The position numbers were made by a program, and so were the translations under genes. From an uncultured Planctomycetia bacterium (GTDB taxonomy: Bacteria > Omnitrophota > Gorgyraeia > Tantalellales > Tantalellaceae), in NCBI GenBank assembly GCA_964409365.1, contig CAYPCX010000003.1, positions 84,577 to 148,576 of the forward strand: a stretch of 64,000 nt of DNA, read 5' to 3'. The notes under the pieces are model-generated. The model saw only the letters and a list, made by a program, of their open reading frames with translations. It was not told where the DNA came from and made no database searches. Below, piece after piece: positions 28,623 through 39,092 of this stretch. How positions within the stretch are numbered: the first letter of the stretch is position 1; each line of letters opens with the position of its first letter.

Positions 28623-28859
28623 ATGAAAAAACTTATCGCGTTTTTGCTCATAGTCGCTTTAGTGATGTGCGTCACTCCGGCTTTTGCGCAGTCGAAAGCA
28701 CGTCCGCCCGGCGATGGAGGGTTTTTCACGAAATTCTTCAACGGGCTTCTGGGCGATTCCTGGGCAAAAGGGGCTACGGGAGCAAAAGACATAACACCCG
28801 AGCAGACGAAAGAACAGGCCGAAAAACAGAGGAAGAAAATAAGCAAACCGCAATTCTAA
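28623..28859 (+). CDS. Small secreted hypothetical protein
   Basis: AAGGAGG SD, MKKLIAFLL...AFA signal peptide, terminator downstream. Confidence 0.75.
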   Translation: MKKLIAFLLIVALVMCVTPAFAQSKARPPGDGGFFTKFFNGLLGDSWAKGATGAKDITPEQTKEQAEKQRKKISKPQF

Positions 28860-28879
28860 GGATGCACGCGCCTGAAGTC

Positions 28880-28921
28880 ACAACCCCCGGGGCCGGATAA
28901 CAACCCCGGGGGTTGTTTTTT
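28880..28921 (+). terminator. Intrinsic terminator
   Basis: ACAACCCCCGGGG...CCCCGGGGGTTGT + T run. Confidence 0.75.
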
Positions 28922-28963
28922 GTGATTTTCGGGTTTACTGCAGGTATACTATAGGTGTTTAAT

Positions 28964-29782
28964 ATGGGCGAGATAGCGACCGATAAAACGACAGGCATAA
29001 AGTACGAAAAATGGGTGTGCCCCGGGCCGAGGGCCGTGCTGGTCCTCGTGCACGGAATAGGGGCGCACACCGGCAGGTGGAATTTTCTTGCCAGGTTCTT
29101 CCGGGCGCACGGCATATCCTCTTACGCGATCATGCTGAAGGGTTTCGGGAAGGCAGCCGCCACGAACGGGCATGCGGATTCTTTAAAGACGTACCTCGGC
29201 GACATCCGCAAACTATGCGCTCTCGTTGCGAAAGAGAACCCGGGCAAAAAGGTGTTCATCCTGGGGGAAAGCCTGGGCGGGCTCATATCCTTCATCGCCG
29301 CGGGCCTTTTCCCTGACCTTTTTGACGGGGTTATCTGCATCTCACCGGCTTTCGGCAACAGGATGAAGTTCTCTCTTTTAGACTATATCCGGATATTCCT
29401 CTCAGGGATCTTCAACCCGAAAGAGCAGTTCGACCTGCCTTTCGACTCCGACATGTGCACGCGCGACGCGGAATACCGCAGGGCGATGGACCATGACCCC
29501 GATGAACACCGGTCGGCTTCCTCGGGGCTTCTTGTCGGGATCGCCGTCGCGCAGATACGTTCCCGGCGGCTCTGTGGCCGGATAACGAAACCGGTCCTTT
29601 TCCAGATAGCGGGCAGTGACATGCTGGTGGACCCGGAAGCGAGCGTCAGAGTGTTCAACTCGTTGAAAGTCGCCGACAAGACGCTGAAAGACTACCCGGA
29701 GATGCTCCACGCGCTATCCATAGACACGGACAGGGAAAAGGTGTTCGACGACGCGCTGAATTGGCTGGAACAAAAGTTATGA
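28964..29782 (+). CDS. Lysophospholipase / monoacylglycerol lipase (alpha/beta hydrolase)
   Basis: LVHGIGAH, GESLG nucleophile elbow, GSDMLVD, YPEMLH. Confidence 0.88.
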   Translation: MGEIATDKTTGIKYEKWVCPGPRAVLVLVHGIGAHTGRWNFLARFFRAHGISSYAIMLKGFGKAAATNGHADSLKTYLGDIRKLCALVAKENPGKKVFILGESLGGLISFIAAGLFPDLFDGVICISPAFGNRMKFSLLDYIRIFLSGIFNPKEQFDLPFDSDMCTRDAEYRRAMDHDPDEHRSASSGLLVGIAVAQIRSRRLCGRITKPVLFQIAGSDMLVDPEASVRVFNSLKVADKTLKDYPEMLHALSIDTDREKVFDDALNWLEQKL

Positions 29783-29792
29783 GGAACCGTAG

Positions 29793-31283
29793 ATGAAATA
29801 CGTTCTGTCGATAGACCAGGGCACGACAGGCAGCCGCGCGGTCCTGTACGACAAAAGCGGCGGGGTGAAAGCAAGCTGCTACCGGGAGTTCAGGCAGTAT
29901 TTCCCGAAACCCGGGTGGGTGGAACATGATCCCGAAGAGATATGGCACAGCGTCAACGCTTCCATGCAAAAAGCCCTCTCAAGCGTACCGAAAAGCGGCA
30001 AAATAGAAGCGATAGGGATAACCAACCAGAGGGAAACCACGGTCGTGTGGGACAGGGTAACGGGAAGACCCGTGTATAACGCGATCGTCTGGCAGTGCAG
30101 GAGGACTGCCCCGAGGTGCGACCGGCTTAAGGGCGACCCCAAAGTCGCGCACGAATTCCGCGAAAAGACGGGGCTTAAGATCGACGCGTATTTTTCGGCG
30201 ACCAAAGTGGAGTGGATACTGAAGAACGTGCCGAAGGCCCGGCAGAAGGCGAAAAAGGGCAGGCTCCTTTTCGGCAACACGGACACCTGGGTGCTCTGGA
30301 AACTCACCGGAGGCAAGGTCCATGCCACCGACTACACCAACGCCTCGCGCACGATGCTCTACAATATCGATAAACTGCACTGGGACAAGTCCATCCTTAG
30401 AAGATTCGGCATACCGCGCCCGATGCTGCCGGAAGTCAAGAACTCTTCCGGCATTTTCGGCAAGACCGTCAGGATAGGAAAGCTCCCCGCGGGCATACCC
30501 GTAGCGGGCGACGCGGGAGACCAGCAGGCGGCCCTTTTCGGGCAGACCTGTTTCGAACCGGGGACCATGAAGAACACTTACGGCACGGGAAGCTTCGTCC
30601 TGCTGAACGCGGGAAAAAAGCGGCCCCGCGGAAAGCACGGGCTCATAACCACCCTTGCCTGCGGCCCGGCGGGCGAACCGGTATACTGCCTGGAAGGGTC
30701 CATCTTCATAGCCGGCGCCGCTATCCAGTGGCTGCGCGACGGGTTAAAACTCCTGCACAAGGCCCCGGTCTCGGAAAAAATGGCCTTGTCCGTCAAAGAT
30801 AATGCCGGGGTGTATTTCGTGCCCGCGCTCGTGGGGCTCGGCGCTCCTTACTGGGACCAGGAAGCAAGAGGGACCATTACCGGGCTTACCAGGGGCACGG
30901 CACGGGAACACATCGTAAGGGCGGCCCTCGAGGCCATGTGTTACCAGACCCGGGACGTGCTGGAGGTCATGGAAAGGATAGCGGGCCTGAAGATAAAAGA
31001 GCTTAAGGTGGACGGCGGGGCTGTGGCGAACGATTTCCTGTGCCAGTTCCAGGCGGACATACTCGGCATAAAGGTCATAAGGCCCAGAATAATCGAGACC
31101 ACCTCGCTCGGAGCGGCTTACCTGGCGGGGCTCGCGACCGGTTTCTGGAAAAGGACGGCGGACGTAAAAAGATATTGGAAAAAAGACAGGATATTTTCTC
31201 CCAGAATGAGCAAAAGGGACGCCGACGCCTTATACAGGGGCTGGGAGAAAGCGGTGAAAAGGACGCTTTCGAGAACGACATGA
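29793..31283 (+). CDS. glpK: Glycerol kinase
   Basis: [51 protein letters not shown]. Confidence 0.97.
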   Translation: MKYVLSIDQGTTGSRAVLYDKSGGVKASCYREFRQYFPKPGWVEHDPEEIWHSVNASMQKALSSVPKSGKIEAIGITNQRETTVVWDRVTGRPVYNAIVWQCRRTAPRCDRLKGDPKVAHEFREKTGLKIDAYFSATKVEWILKNVPKARQKAKKGRLLFGNTDTWVLWKLTGGKVHATDYTNASRTMLYNIDKLHWDKSILRRFGIPRPMLPEVKNSSGIFGKTVRIGKLPAGIPVAGDAGDQQAALFGQTCFEPGTMKNTYGTGSFVLLNAGKKRPRGKHGLITTLACGPAGEPVYCLEGSIFIAGAAIQWLRDGLKLLHKAPVSEKMALSVKDNAGVYFVPALVGLGAPYWDQEARGTITGLTRGTAREHIVRAALEAMCYQTRDVLEVMERIAGLKIKELKVDGGAVANDFLCQFQADILGIKVIRPRIIETTSLGAAYLAGLATGFWKRTADVKRYWKKDRIFSPRMSKRDADALYRGWEKAVKRTLSRTT

Positions 31284-32722
31284 AAAAATATGATTGCCTC
31301 ATAATCGGCGGAGGGGCGACCGGGACGGCCATGGTCAGGGAACTGTCCCGTTACCGCCTAAGCCTGGCGCTCCTGGAAAAGGAAGAGGAGCTCGCCTTCG
31401 GCGTCTCGAAATCCAACAGCGGCATCATACATCCCGGCACGCAGAACCCGCCGGACTCCCTCAAGGGCAAGTTGTGCGTGGCGGGCAACACCCTGGTCAA
31501 AAAGATATCAAAAGAACTCGGTGTCGATTTCAAGGAAGTCGGGGAACTTATCGTCATCTTCGACCGGACGGACATGCCGCGCCTCCAAAAGATCAAGGAA
31601 GAGGCCGAGGTTCTCGGCGTGCGCGGGATGAGCATTGTCGACAGCAAATGGCTCCGCAGGAACGAACCCAACCTAAATCCCGAAGTAGTGGCGGCGCTTC
31701 ACGTGCCCACGGCAGGTATAATCAGCCCTTACCGGTGGGCATACGACCTCGCGGAGAACGCCGCGAAGAACGGCGCCGAGATCCACCTGGAGACCACCGT
31801 GGAGGGTATTGCCGCCGCCCCGTCCGACAGGCACCGTTTCGTGATCAAAACGACGAAAGGCGAGTTCGGGGCCAGATACGTCGTCAACGCCGCCGGGCTT
31901 TTCGCGGATGATATCTCCCGTATGGCCGGAGTGGACGATTTCAAGATAAGCCCGAGAAAGGGCGAGGAGTTCCTTCTGGACAAGAAGAGACAGTACCTCA
32001 CTAACCACCTTATATTCCCGCTGCCCACGAAGAGATCAAAAGGGATACTTGTAATAAAGACGTCCGACGGCAACCCGATGATCGGGCCTACGGCCCATGA
32101 TATCGAGGACAAGCATGACCTTTCCACTTCCGATGCGGGTTTGGAGGAAGTGCTGGCCGGCGTACGGAAACTGGTGCCCGCGATAGACGGGAACGATATA
32201 ATCGCGTATTTCGCGGGCCTGAGGCCCGCCGCCGGACATGACTTCATCATACGCCATGAAGAAAAAGTCCCGGGGTTCATCAATGTCGCGGGCATACAGT
32301 CGCCGGGGCTCACGGCCTCACCGGCCATCGCGCATATGGTGACGGGCCTTTTGAAGGACAACGGCCTCGCCTTAAGGCGAAAACTCTTCTACCACCCGCA
32401 CCGCAAAAGGTCCGTGCACCTTTTCGGGATACCGCTGGAGAAAACAAAAAAGTTGATAAAAGAAGACCCTGCCTACGGCGACATAATCTGCCGGTGCGAG
32501 ATGGTATCCGCCAAAGAAGTGACGGACGCGATAAAGCGGGGCGCGAGGACGCTCGACGGGATAAAGTTCCGGACACGCGCCCAGGCCGGAAGATGCCACG
32601 GGGGGTTCTGCACGACCCGTCTCATGAAAATACTTGCCGAAGAAACGGGTACCACCCGCACTAAAGTGACGAAAAGGGGCAAAGCCTCAGAGATCGTCAA
32701 GAAGGACAGGCGCGATGCATGA
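31280..32722 (+). CDS. FAD-dependent glycerol-3-phosphate dehydrogenase-like subunit with BFD-like [2Fe-2S] domain
   Basis: [35 protein letters not shown]; ATGA overlap with glpK. Confidence 0.88.
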   Translation: MKKYDCLIIGGGATGTAMVRELSRYRLSLALLEKEEELAFGVSKSNSGIIHPGTQNPPDSLKGKLCVAGNTLVKKISKELGVDFKEVGELIVIFDRTDMPRLQKIKEEAEVLGVRGMSIVDSKWLRRNEPNLNPEVVAALHVPTAGIISPYRWAYDLAENAAKNGAEIHLETTVEGIAAAPSDRHRFVIKTTKGEFGARYVVNAAGLFADDISRMAGVDDFKISPRKGEEFLLDKKRQYLTNHLIFPLPTKRSKGILVIKTSDGNPMIGPTAHDIEDKHDLSTSDAGLEEVLAGVRKLVPAIDGNDIIAYFAGLRPAAGHDFIIRHEEKVPGFINVAGIQSPGLTASPAIAHMVTGLLKDNGLALRRKLFYHPHRKRSVHLFGIPLEKTKKLIKEDPAYGDIICRCEMVSAKEVTDAIKRGARTLDGIKFRTRAQAGRCHGGFCTTRLMKILAEETGTTRTKVTKRGKASEIVKKDRRDA

Positions 32723-33692
32723 ACGGGAACTCATAGTCGTCGGCGGCGGTCCCGCCGGCATGGCGGCGGCCATTTCCGCGCATGAGAACGGGGTGAGGGA
32801 TATACTCCTCATCGAAAGGGACCAGTACCTGGGAGGGATACTCAACCAGTGTATCCACACCGGCTTCGGCATAGAGTATTTCAAAGAGGTCCTGGCCGGA
32901 CCGGAATACGCCGAAAGGTTCATCGCGAAAGTCACCGCGATACCCGGGATCGAGATAAGCCTGCGGACCTTCGTGGTGCACCTTACCGGCGAAAAGGCCA
33001 TCACATACCTGAAGCCGGGCCTCATGGAAGAGGTAAGGGCTAAAGCCCTCATTATGGCGACAGGCTGCCGCGAACGGACGCGCGAGATGATACACATCCC
33101 AGGAACAAGGCCGGCCGGCGTGTTCCCCGCGGGCCTCGCGCAGAAACTCATAAACATAGAAGGGCTCCTGCCCGGCAAAAAGATCGTGATAGTGGGCTCG
33201 GGAGACATAGGAATGATAATGGCCAGGCGGTTCCTCCTGGAAGGAGCCGAAGTCAAAGCCGTCGTCGAGATACAGAACAAGACCCGGGGCCTTACGCGCA
33301 ATCTCGTGCAATGCATAGAGGATTTCGAGATACCCATCTATTTCGGCCACAAGGTAAAGCGCCTTCTCGGGAAGGACCGGACAGAGAAGGTAGAGATCGT
33401 AAAGGTCGACGAAAATTACCGGGAGGTGCCCGGTACCGGTTTTGAGATAGAGTGCGACACTCTCCTGGTCTCCGTGGGGCTTATCCCGGAGAACGAACTC
33501 GTCGAGATGGCGGGCGTCGAACTCGACAGAAGGACGAACTCACCGGTGTCGGACGAGGTCAACAAGACGTCCATACCAGGGCTTTTCGTGTGCGGCAATT
33601 CGTTCAAGGTATACGATATCGTCGATTCCGTCACGCATGACAGCGAAATAGCCGGCCGCCAGGCCGCCGAATACCTGAGGGGCCTTAAATGA
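32715..33692 (+). CDS. FAD/NAD(P)-dependent oxidoreductase subunit
   Basis: GGGPAG, LGGILNQCIHTGFG, ATGCRER, GSGDIG. Confidence 0.88.
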   Translation: MHERELIVVGGGPAGMAAAISAHENGVRDILLIERDQYLGGILNQCIHTGFGIEYFKEVLAGPEYAERFIAKVTAIPGIEISLRTFVVHLTGEKAITYLKPGLMEEVRAKALIMATGCRERTREMIHIPGTRPAGVFPAGLAQKLINIEGLLPGKKIVIVGSGDIGMIMARRFLLEGAEVKAVVEIQNKTRGLTRNLVQCIEDFEIPIYFGHKVKRLLGKDRTEKVEIVKVDENYREVPGTGFEIECDTLLVSVGLIPENELVEMAGVELDRRTNSPVSDEVNKTSIPGLFVCGNSFKVYDIVDSVTHDSEIAGRQAAEYLRGLK

Positions 33693-34045
33693 TAAAAAAA
33701 ATGACCTGCATAGAATGCCCGGTGGGATGCCAGCTCGAAGTGGAGATCGGCGAAAGCGGCAAGGTGGTCACGGTCTCCCGCAACAAGTGCCCCAAGGGCG
33801 AGAAGTATGCGATAGAGGAGACGGAAAACCCCGTGCGCGTGCTCACGACGACGGTGCTGACCGAAGGCCTCCCGCTAAGAACGGTCTCGGTAAAGACCGA
33901 CCGTCCGATACCCAAAGCGCGGCTCCTGGAGGCGATGCGGGAGATAAGCAAGGTAAGGCTGCGCAAGTCCGTTAAAGTGGGTGAGGTCGTGGTACCGAAC
34001 CTGATCGGCCTTGACGCCAACCTCATCGCCACCCGCAACTGCTAA
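33689..34045 (+). CDS. DUF1667 / CxxC small subunit
   Basis: CIECPVGC...CPKG, typical third gene of this G3P dehydrogenase operon type. Confidence 0.85.
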   Translation: MIKKMTCIECPVGCQLEVEIGESGKVVTVSRNKCPKGEKYAIEETENPVRVLTTTVLTEGLPLRTVSVKTDRPIPKARLLEAMREISKVRLRKSVKVGEVVVPNLIGLDANLIATRNC

Positions 34046-34350
34046 GTGATGGTAAGCTGTCTATCGAATCCCGCGATCTTGAAGACCTTCTTCACGTTGG
34101 GGTGCACGTTCATTATCGAAAAATTGGCGGGTCCGACTTCCTTCGCGACGCGCAGGCATAAACGCAGGAAAGCGGAAGATACATAGTCCACCTCATCCAG
34201 GTCGAACACGACCGGGATCTTCTCTTCGACCACCTTATCGAAAAGCTGGTCTTCGACTTTCTGGCATTCGGCCGTGTCCATCTTTCTGGAAAAGGAACAC
34301 ACCAGGGTCTTTTCCTGCGTTATGTTGTCTTCTATGTTGAAATCGACCAT
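34042..34350 (-). CDS. STAS-domain anti-sigma factor antagonist
   Basis: FDLDEVDYVSSAFLR with phosphorylatable Ser, VFKIAGFD. Confidence 0.9.
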   Translation of the reverse strand: MVDFNIEDNITQEKTLVCSFSRKMDTAECQKVEDQLFDKVVEEKIPVVFDLDEVDYVSSAFLRLCLRVAKEVGPANFSIMNVHPNVKKVFKIAGFDRQLTIT

Positions 34351-34367
34351 CTAATTTCCTCCTTGGC

Positions 34368-35798
34368 TTAAAAATCCCTGTTAAATTCCTTTTCCAGGGT
34401 CTTCGCGTCGAGCGTTTCGTCAAAATATTCGTTCATGTCGAAATGCTCCCAACGCCCGTCCACGCGCCGCCGCGCGATACGCTGGATATTCAGGTAATGT
34501 TCCACACTTATATTGTCGGTCGTCGTCGTCTTGGCGGCCGTGCCGCAGCCCGGCGACATGGAAGGGGTGAGCATGTTGTACATGAACCCCAGGGACCCGT
34601 GCGACGAAGGCGTGTTCACAAGGACGCGCCCCGTGTTCATGATGGCCGCGAAACGCATGACCTTTTCGTCATCGTTGGAGAATATGCTAGCCGTGTGGCC
34701 GGCGCCCCCGTGGGAGATAAGGTCTATGCACAGGTTGACCGCGCTGTCGAAGTTATGTATCGTGTAAAGACCGAGTATCGGCGCGAGGACCTGTCCGGAA
34801 AGGGGAACATGCGGCCCCACCTCTTCAAGCGGCGCTATCAAGAGCTTCACGCCCTCCGGGACGTCTATGCCGGCCCTCTCGGCGATGACCGAAGCGGGCT
34901 GCCCAAGGACCTGGACGCTTGTAGTTCTTTTTTGCCGGTCAACGGCTATCTCCCCGAGTTTCTTCACTTCTTCACGGGTGAGAACATGTCCCCCGAGCTG
35001 TTTGAACTCTTTGATGATCTCCCGGACTTTCTCGTGCATCACTACGACAGCCTGTTCACTGGCGCCTATCGTACCGTTGTCGAACGTCTTGGACAGCATG
35101 ATCTCGTTAACGGCGAAGGGCACATCGGCGCTGTCCTCGATAAAGACCGGCACGTTGCCGGCCGTGACCCCGAGAGCGGGCGTGCCCGAACTATAAGCCT
35201 CTTCTACGATCTTTCTTACGCCGGTCGCGTGGATCAGGCGGACGTTCTTATGGCCCATGAAGGAGCGCCTCTGTTCGCGGGAAAGAGAGACCCACTGGAC
35301 ACAGTCCTCCGGGGCGTCTTCCCTGAGAGCGGCTTCATAGCATATACGGGCAGCCTCCTCCCCGCACTTCATCGCCCGGGCATTAGAACTTATGATGACC
35401 GGGTTCCTTGTCTTCATAGCGACGAGTATTTTAAAGATGATAGCCGACGTAGGGCTTGTGACAGGCACAAAGGCAAGTATCGGGCCGACCGGCTGGGCTA
35501 TCTTCGTGATCCCTTTTACCGTGTTCTCGGACAGGATCCCGACGGTCTTACGGTCCTTGATGTCCTCGTAGGCGATCTGGGTCGCGAGCACTGTCTTGAG
35601 GACCTTATCCTGCCATTTTCCCATGCCCGTTTCTTCAGCGGCCATTTTCGACAGCCTCACGCGGTCGTTGAACGCCGCTTCATAGACCGCCCTGACTATG
35701 CGGTCGGTATGTTCCTGTGAGAGCTGGCTGAAAACGGCGGCCGCGTTTCTGGCCTTTTCCATTATTCTTTCGATATCGACCAACTTTGTAACGGCCAT
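34368..35798 (-). CDS. Acylating aldehyde dehydrogenase homolog (AdhE N-domain/EutE-like), catalytic Cys absent
   Basis: AAEETGMG, PVTSPTS, AMKTRN, SKTFDNGTIGASEQ, GHTASI, GRVLVNTPSSHG. Confidence 0.85.
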   Translation of the reverse strand: MAVTKLVDIERIMEKARNAAAVFSQLSQEHTDRIVRAVYEAAFNDRVRLSKMAAEETGMGKWQDKVLKTVLATQIAYEDIKDRKTVGILSENTVKGITKIAQPVGPILAFVPVTSPTSAIIFKILVAMKTRNPVIISSNARAMKCGEEAARICYEAALREDAPEDCVQWVSLSREQRRSFMGHKNVRLIHATGVRKIVEEAYSSGTPALGVTAGNVPVFIEDSADVPFAVNEIMLSKTFDNGTIGASEQAVVVMHEKVREIIKEFKQLGGHVLTREEVKKLGEIAVDRQKRTTSVQVLGQPASVIAERAGIDVPEGVKLLIAPLEEVGPHVPLSGQVLAPILGLYTIHNFDSAVNLCIDLISHGGAGHTASIFSNDDEKVMRFAAIMNTGRVLVNTPSSHGSLGFMYNMLTPSMSPGCGTAAKTTTTDNISVEHYLNIQRIARRRVDGRWEHFDMNEYFDETLDAKTLEKEFNRDF

Positions 35799-35854
35799 TT
35801 AGATACCCCCCGGGTTTGGTTCGAGCAAAACCGTTAAAGATGAAGATAAGCTTA

Positions 35855-35883
35855 ATTTTATCAACCGCAACTGAAAAAGTCAA
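35855..35883 (-). promoter_or_regulatory. Sigma70 promoter for the ALDH-STAS operon
   Basis: Minus strand TTGACT-N17-TAAAAT. Confidence 0.6.
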
Positions 35884-35917
35884 AAACTTTCCCGCCGGGG
35901 GAACATCCGCTAAGGTC

Positions 35918-35946
35918 TTGTAATAATTATTATTTAGATGTAAAAT
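35918..35946 (+). promoter_or_regulatory. Sigma70 promoter for the phosphatase operon (leaderless arrangement)
   Basis: TTGTAA-N17-TAAAAT, ATG 6 nt downstream, no SD. Confidence 0.55.
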
Positions 35947-35952
35947 TACAAT

Positions 35953-38319
35953 ATGATATCTTTATTGCGGAACCGCAGCATAGCGTTCAAGCTCGTATTC
36001 TTCATCCTCTCAAGTTGCACTTTCATTTTCGCGGTCGTCTTCAGCTATAATTACGGTGTTTCCCGGGGAATAGTCTTAGACAGGATAGACGACCTGGCGC
36101 GTACCCTTACCGCCGGCGCTGTCAATAAGATAGAGTCCGTGCTGCTTCCCGTAGAAAAGATACCGGAACATCTCGCCCTCGCGCTGGGAAAGCACTTTCA
36201 CACCAGGGAAGAGCTCGAAGAACTGCTTTTTTCCGTCGTGGACAAGAACCCCGAGATATACGGCGCCGCCATAGCCTTCGCACCTTACAAGTTCGACCCG
36301 AACGTCTCCGACTTGGCGCTTTACTTCTACAGAAGGGACGGCGAGGTGCGGTCCGCCGACCTCGGCAGCGATTCGTACTCGTACCGCAAATGGGACTGGT
36401 ACACGGTCCCTAAAAAGCTCGAACGCCCGGTATGGAGCGAACCTTACTTCGACAAGGGCGGGGGCGAGACGCTGATGACCACCTATTCGGTCCCGTTCTA
36501 CCGGGAAACGGGCGGGGAGAAGGAATTCCTGGGGATCGCCACCGCGGATATGTCCCTCGTCGGGCTCCAGAAATTCATCGCCTCCATCAAGGTGGGGAAG
36601 ACCGGTTACGGATTTCTCATTTCCAAAAAAGGGACCCTGATCACGCACCCCGAGACGGACCTTGTCATGGACAAGACCATCCAGGAAGTGGCCAGGCTCC
36701 GGAACAACCCGGCACTGCTCAAGATCGGCGGGCAGATGATGCGGGGCGAAATAGGTTTCGCCCCCGTGAAAGATACATCCACCGGGAAAGAAACATGGAT
36801 GGCCTTCGCTCCCGTGCCCGCCAGTGACTGGTCGTTCGCGGTCATGTTCCCTAAGGGTGAGCTCATGCAGGACCTCCACGCCCTCAACAGGGCCGTCCTT
36901 GTCATCGGCTTGACCGGACTGGTGTTCCTGGCACTGGCGATCACCCTTTTTTCGAACTCTATAACAAAACCCCTTAGGGTCCTGGCCATCAAGACAAAGG
37001 ACGTGGGAAGCGGACATCTGGATTTCGAGCTCCCGCCGGCAAGATCGAAGGACGAGGTCGGCAGCCTTACCGAGTCCTTCCGGCACATGAAAGACGCGCT
37101 CAAAAGATACATAACGAAGCTGACCGAGACCACGTCCGAGAAGGAAAAGATCCAGAGCGAGCTGAAGATCGCGCAGCGCATCCAGATGGATATTCTTCCC
37201 AAGGTGTTCCCGCCCTTCCCGGAAAGGGAAGAGTTCGATATCTTCGCTATGATGAGGCCGGCCAAGGAAGTGGGCGGGGATTTCTACGACTTTTATTTCA
37301 TCGACGAGGACCACCTCTGCCTCGCCATAGGCGACGTCGCGGATAAAGGCGTTCCGGCGGCGCTTCTCATGGCCATGACCAAGACCTACATGAAATCGAC
37401 GGTGAAGGTGATACATAACGTGCCCGGCGTCATGTACAAGACCAACAAGGAACTCTGCATCGGGAACGATTCGGGCATGTTCGTCACCGCTTTCTGCTGC
37501 ATCCTGAACGTCAAAACGGGCGAGGTCTTTTCCTCCAACGCGGGGCACAACCCGCCCCTGGTGATCCGCAAGGGAAAGGACCCCGAATTTCTCGAAGAGG
37601 ATTCCGGTTTCGCGCTGGGCGCCTTTGAAGACGTTTTCTATGAGGAGCAGAAGATGGTCCTCAGGCCCGGGGACACCCTGCTTTTGTACACTGACGGCGT
37701 AACGGAAGCCATGAACAGGGAAAGGCAGCTCTTCTCCGAAGAAAGGCTGCGAAAAGGGCTGTCAAAACACCGTGACGACCCGATAAAGGAAATGGTCGAG
37801 AAGCTGGTGAGCGGAATAGATTCTTTCGCCCGGGGCGCTCCCCAGTCCGACGACATAACGGTCATGGTGCTCAAGTATTACGGCAAGGGAAGCACTGGCG
37901 CAGAACAAAAGAACAACGGTAAGATGACCCTCAAGAACGACCTCCCCGAGATCAGGAGGATGGCGGGCATCATGGACAGCTTCGGGAAAGCGAACGGCCT
38001 GTCACAGGAGCTGATAAACGACGCGAACCTCGCCCTGGAAGAGATCGTGAATAACATCATATATTACGCCTATGAAGATAAAAAAGAACACCTTATACAC
38101 GTGCGCATGAACATCGAAAGCGGGGAGCTCGTCCTGGAAGTGGCCGACGACGGCAAACCCTTCGACCCCCTGAGCGCCCCGGTATCGGATACCGATAGGC
38201 CCATCGAAGAAAGGACCGAAGGCGGCCTGGGTATATTCCTCTCCCGGAGAATCATGAACTCGATGGAATACAAACGGGAAGACGGAAAGAACATCCTGGT
38301 GATGAAAAAGAAGATATGA
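35953..38319 (+). CDS. Cache-HAMP-SpoIIE/RsbU PP2C phosphatase fused to RsbW-like anti-sigma kinase domain
   Basis: TM-dCache (WYTVP, WSEPYFD)-TM-HAMP; VGGDFYD, GDVADKG, NAGHNPP, YTDGVTEA, SDDIT; LALEEIVNN, DDGKPFDP, GGLG. Confidence 0.93.
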   Translation: MISLLRNRSIAFKLVFFILSSCTFIFAVVFSYNYGVSRGIVLDRIDDLARTLTAGAVNKIESVLLPVEKIPEHLALALGKHFHTREELEELLFSVVDKNPEIYGAAIAFAPYKFDPNVSDLALYFYRRDGEVRSADLGSDSYSYRKWDWYTVPKKLERPVWSEPYFDKGGGETLMTTYSVPFYRETGGEKEFLGIATADMSLVGLQKFIASIKVGKTGYGFLISKKGTLITHPETDLVMDKTIQEVARLRNNPALLKIGGQMMRGEIGFAPVKDTSTGKETWMAFAPVPASDWSFAVMFPKGELMQDLHALNRAVLVIGLTGLVFLALAITLFSNSITKPLRVLAIKTKDVGSGHLDFELPPARSKDEVGSLTESFRHMKDALKRYITKLTETTSEKEKIQSELKIAQRIQMDILPKVFPPFPEREEFDIFAMMRPAKEVGGDFYDFYFIDEDHLCLAIGDVADKGVPAALLMAMTKTYMKSTVKVIHNVPGVMYKTNKELCIGNDSGMFVTAFCCILNVKTGEVFSSNAGHNPPLVIRKGKDPEFLEEDSGFALGAFEDVFYEEQKMVLRPGDTLLLYTDGVTEAMNRERQLFSEERLRKGLSKHRDDPIKEMVEKLVSGIDSFARGAPQSDDITVMVLKYYGKGSTGAEQKNNGKMTLKNDLPEIRRMAGIMDSFGKANGLSQELINDANLALEEIVNNIIYYAYEDKKEHLIHVRMNIESGELVLEVADDGKPFDPLSAPVSDTDRPIEERTEGGLGIFLSRRIMNSMEYKREDGKNILVMKKKI

Positions 38320-39092
38320 CCCCTAAAGAGCAGCGGATCAGTTTCAAGTCAAAGGACGGCGTTACCCTGCGGGGCATCCTGACAACTCCCGGCGAAAAAG
38401 CAAAAGAGGCCGTCATATTCGCCCACGGCATCACGGGGGAGAAGGACGAAGGCGGCCTTTACGCGAAGCTCTCCCGGCTCTTCGCCGGTAAAGGTGTCGA
38501 GAGCCTGCGCTTTGATTTCAGGGGACACGGTGAAAGCGGCGGAAAGCCGTGGACGGTAACGATAAAAGGGGAACTTGACGATCTCGCGGCGGCCGTGGAC
38601 CTCGTCAGGGCCCGGGGATATGAGAAGGTCGCTATCATCGGCTTCAGCTTCGGGGGCGGGATAACCGTTCTTTATGCCGGCAGAAAACCCCGGAACGTTT
38701 CCTGCATCACGCTTTTATGCCCGGTACTCGATTACCGGAAGACCTTTCTGGAACCCGAGACCGCCGAAGCGGCGAAATGGTTCTCCCCGGAGGCGATAGC
38801 CCGGGCAAAACGAACGGGCAGGCTCGACCTTGCCGGGTTCCCCCTGGGGCATGGCCTCCTGAAGGAGCTTAGCAGGTACAAACCCGGCCAGACCCTTTTA
38901 AAACTCGAGGTGCCGTGCTTGATAATCCACGGGACAGATGATAATATGGTCCCTTATACCGTCGCCCGGTATTACGGCAGGAAATACGAAAAAGGCGAAT
39001 TCCTGTCCGTCAAGCGTGCGAGTCACAGTTTTAAAGGGTTTGAAGGCAGGATCGCCCCGACGATCACCAACTGGGTCTTGAAATGGATATAG
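38316..39092 (+). CDS. Alpha/beta hydrolase
   Basis: FAHG, FDFRGHGESGG, GFSFG, HGTDD, ASH; ATGA overlap. Confidence 0.88.
   Translation: MTPKEQRISFKSKDGVTLRGILTTPGEKAKEAVIFAHGITGEKDEGGLYAKLSRLFAGKGVESLRFDFRGHGESGGKPWTVTIKGELDDLAAAVDLVRARGYEKVAIIGFSFGGGITVLYAGRKPRNVSCITLLCPVLDYRKTFLEPETAEAAKWFSPEAIARAKRTGRLDLAGFPLGHGLLKELSRYKPGQTLLKLEVPCLIIHGTDDNMVPYTVARYYGRKYEKGEFLSVKRASHSFKGFEGRIAPTITNWVLKWI

Noticed and set aside
34443-37548. 425-aa and 490-aa ORFs opposite the ALDH and phosphatase genes
   Set aside because: Antisense shadows of well-supported genes
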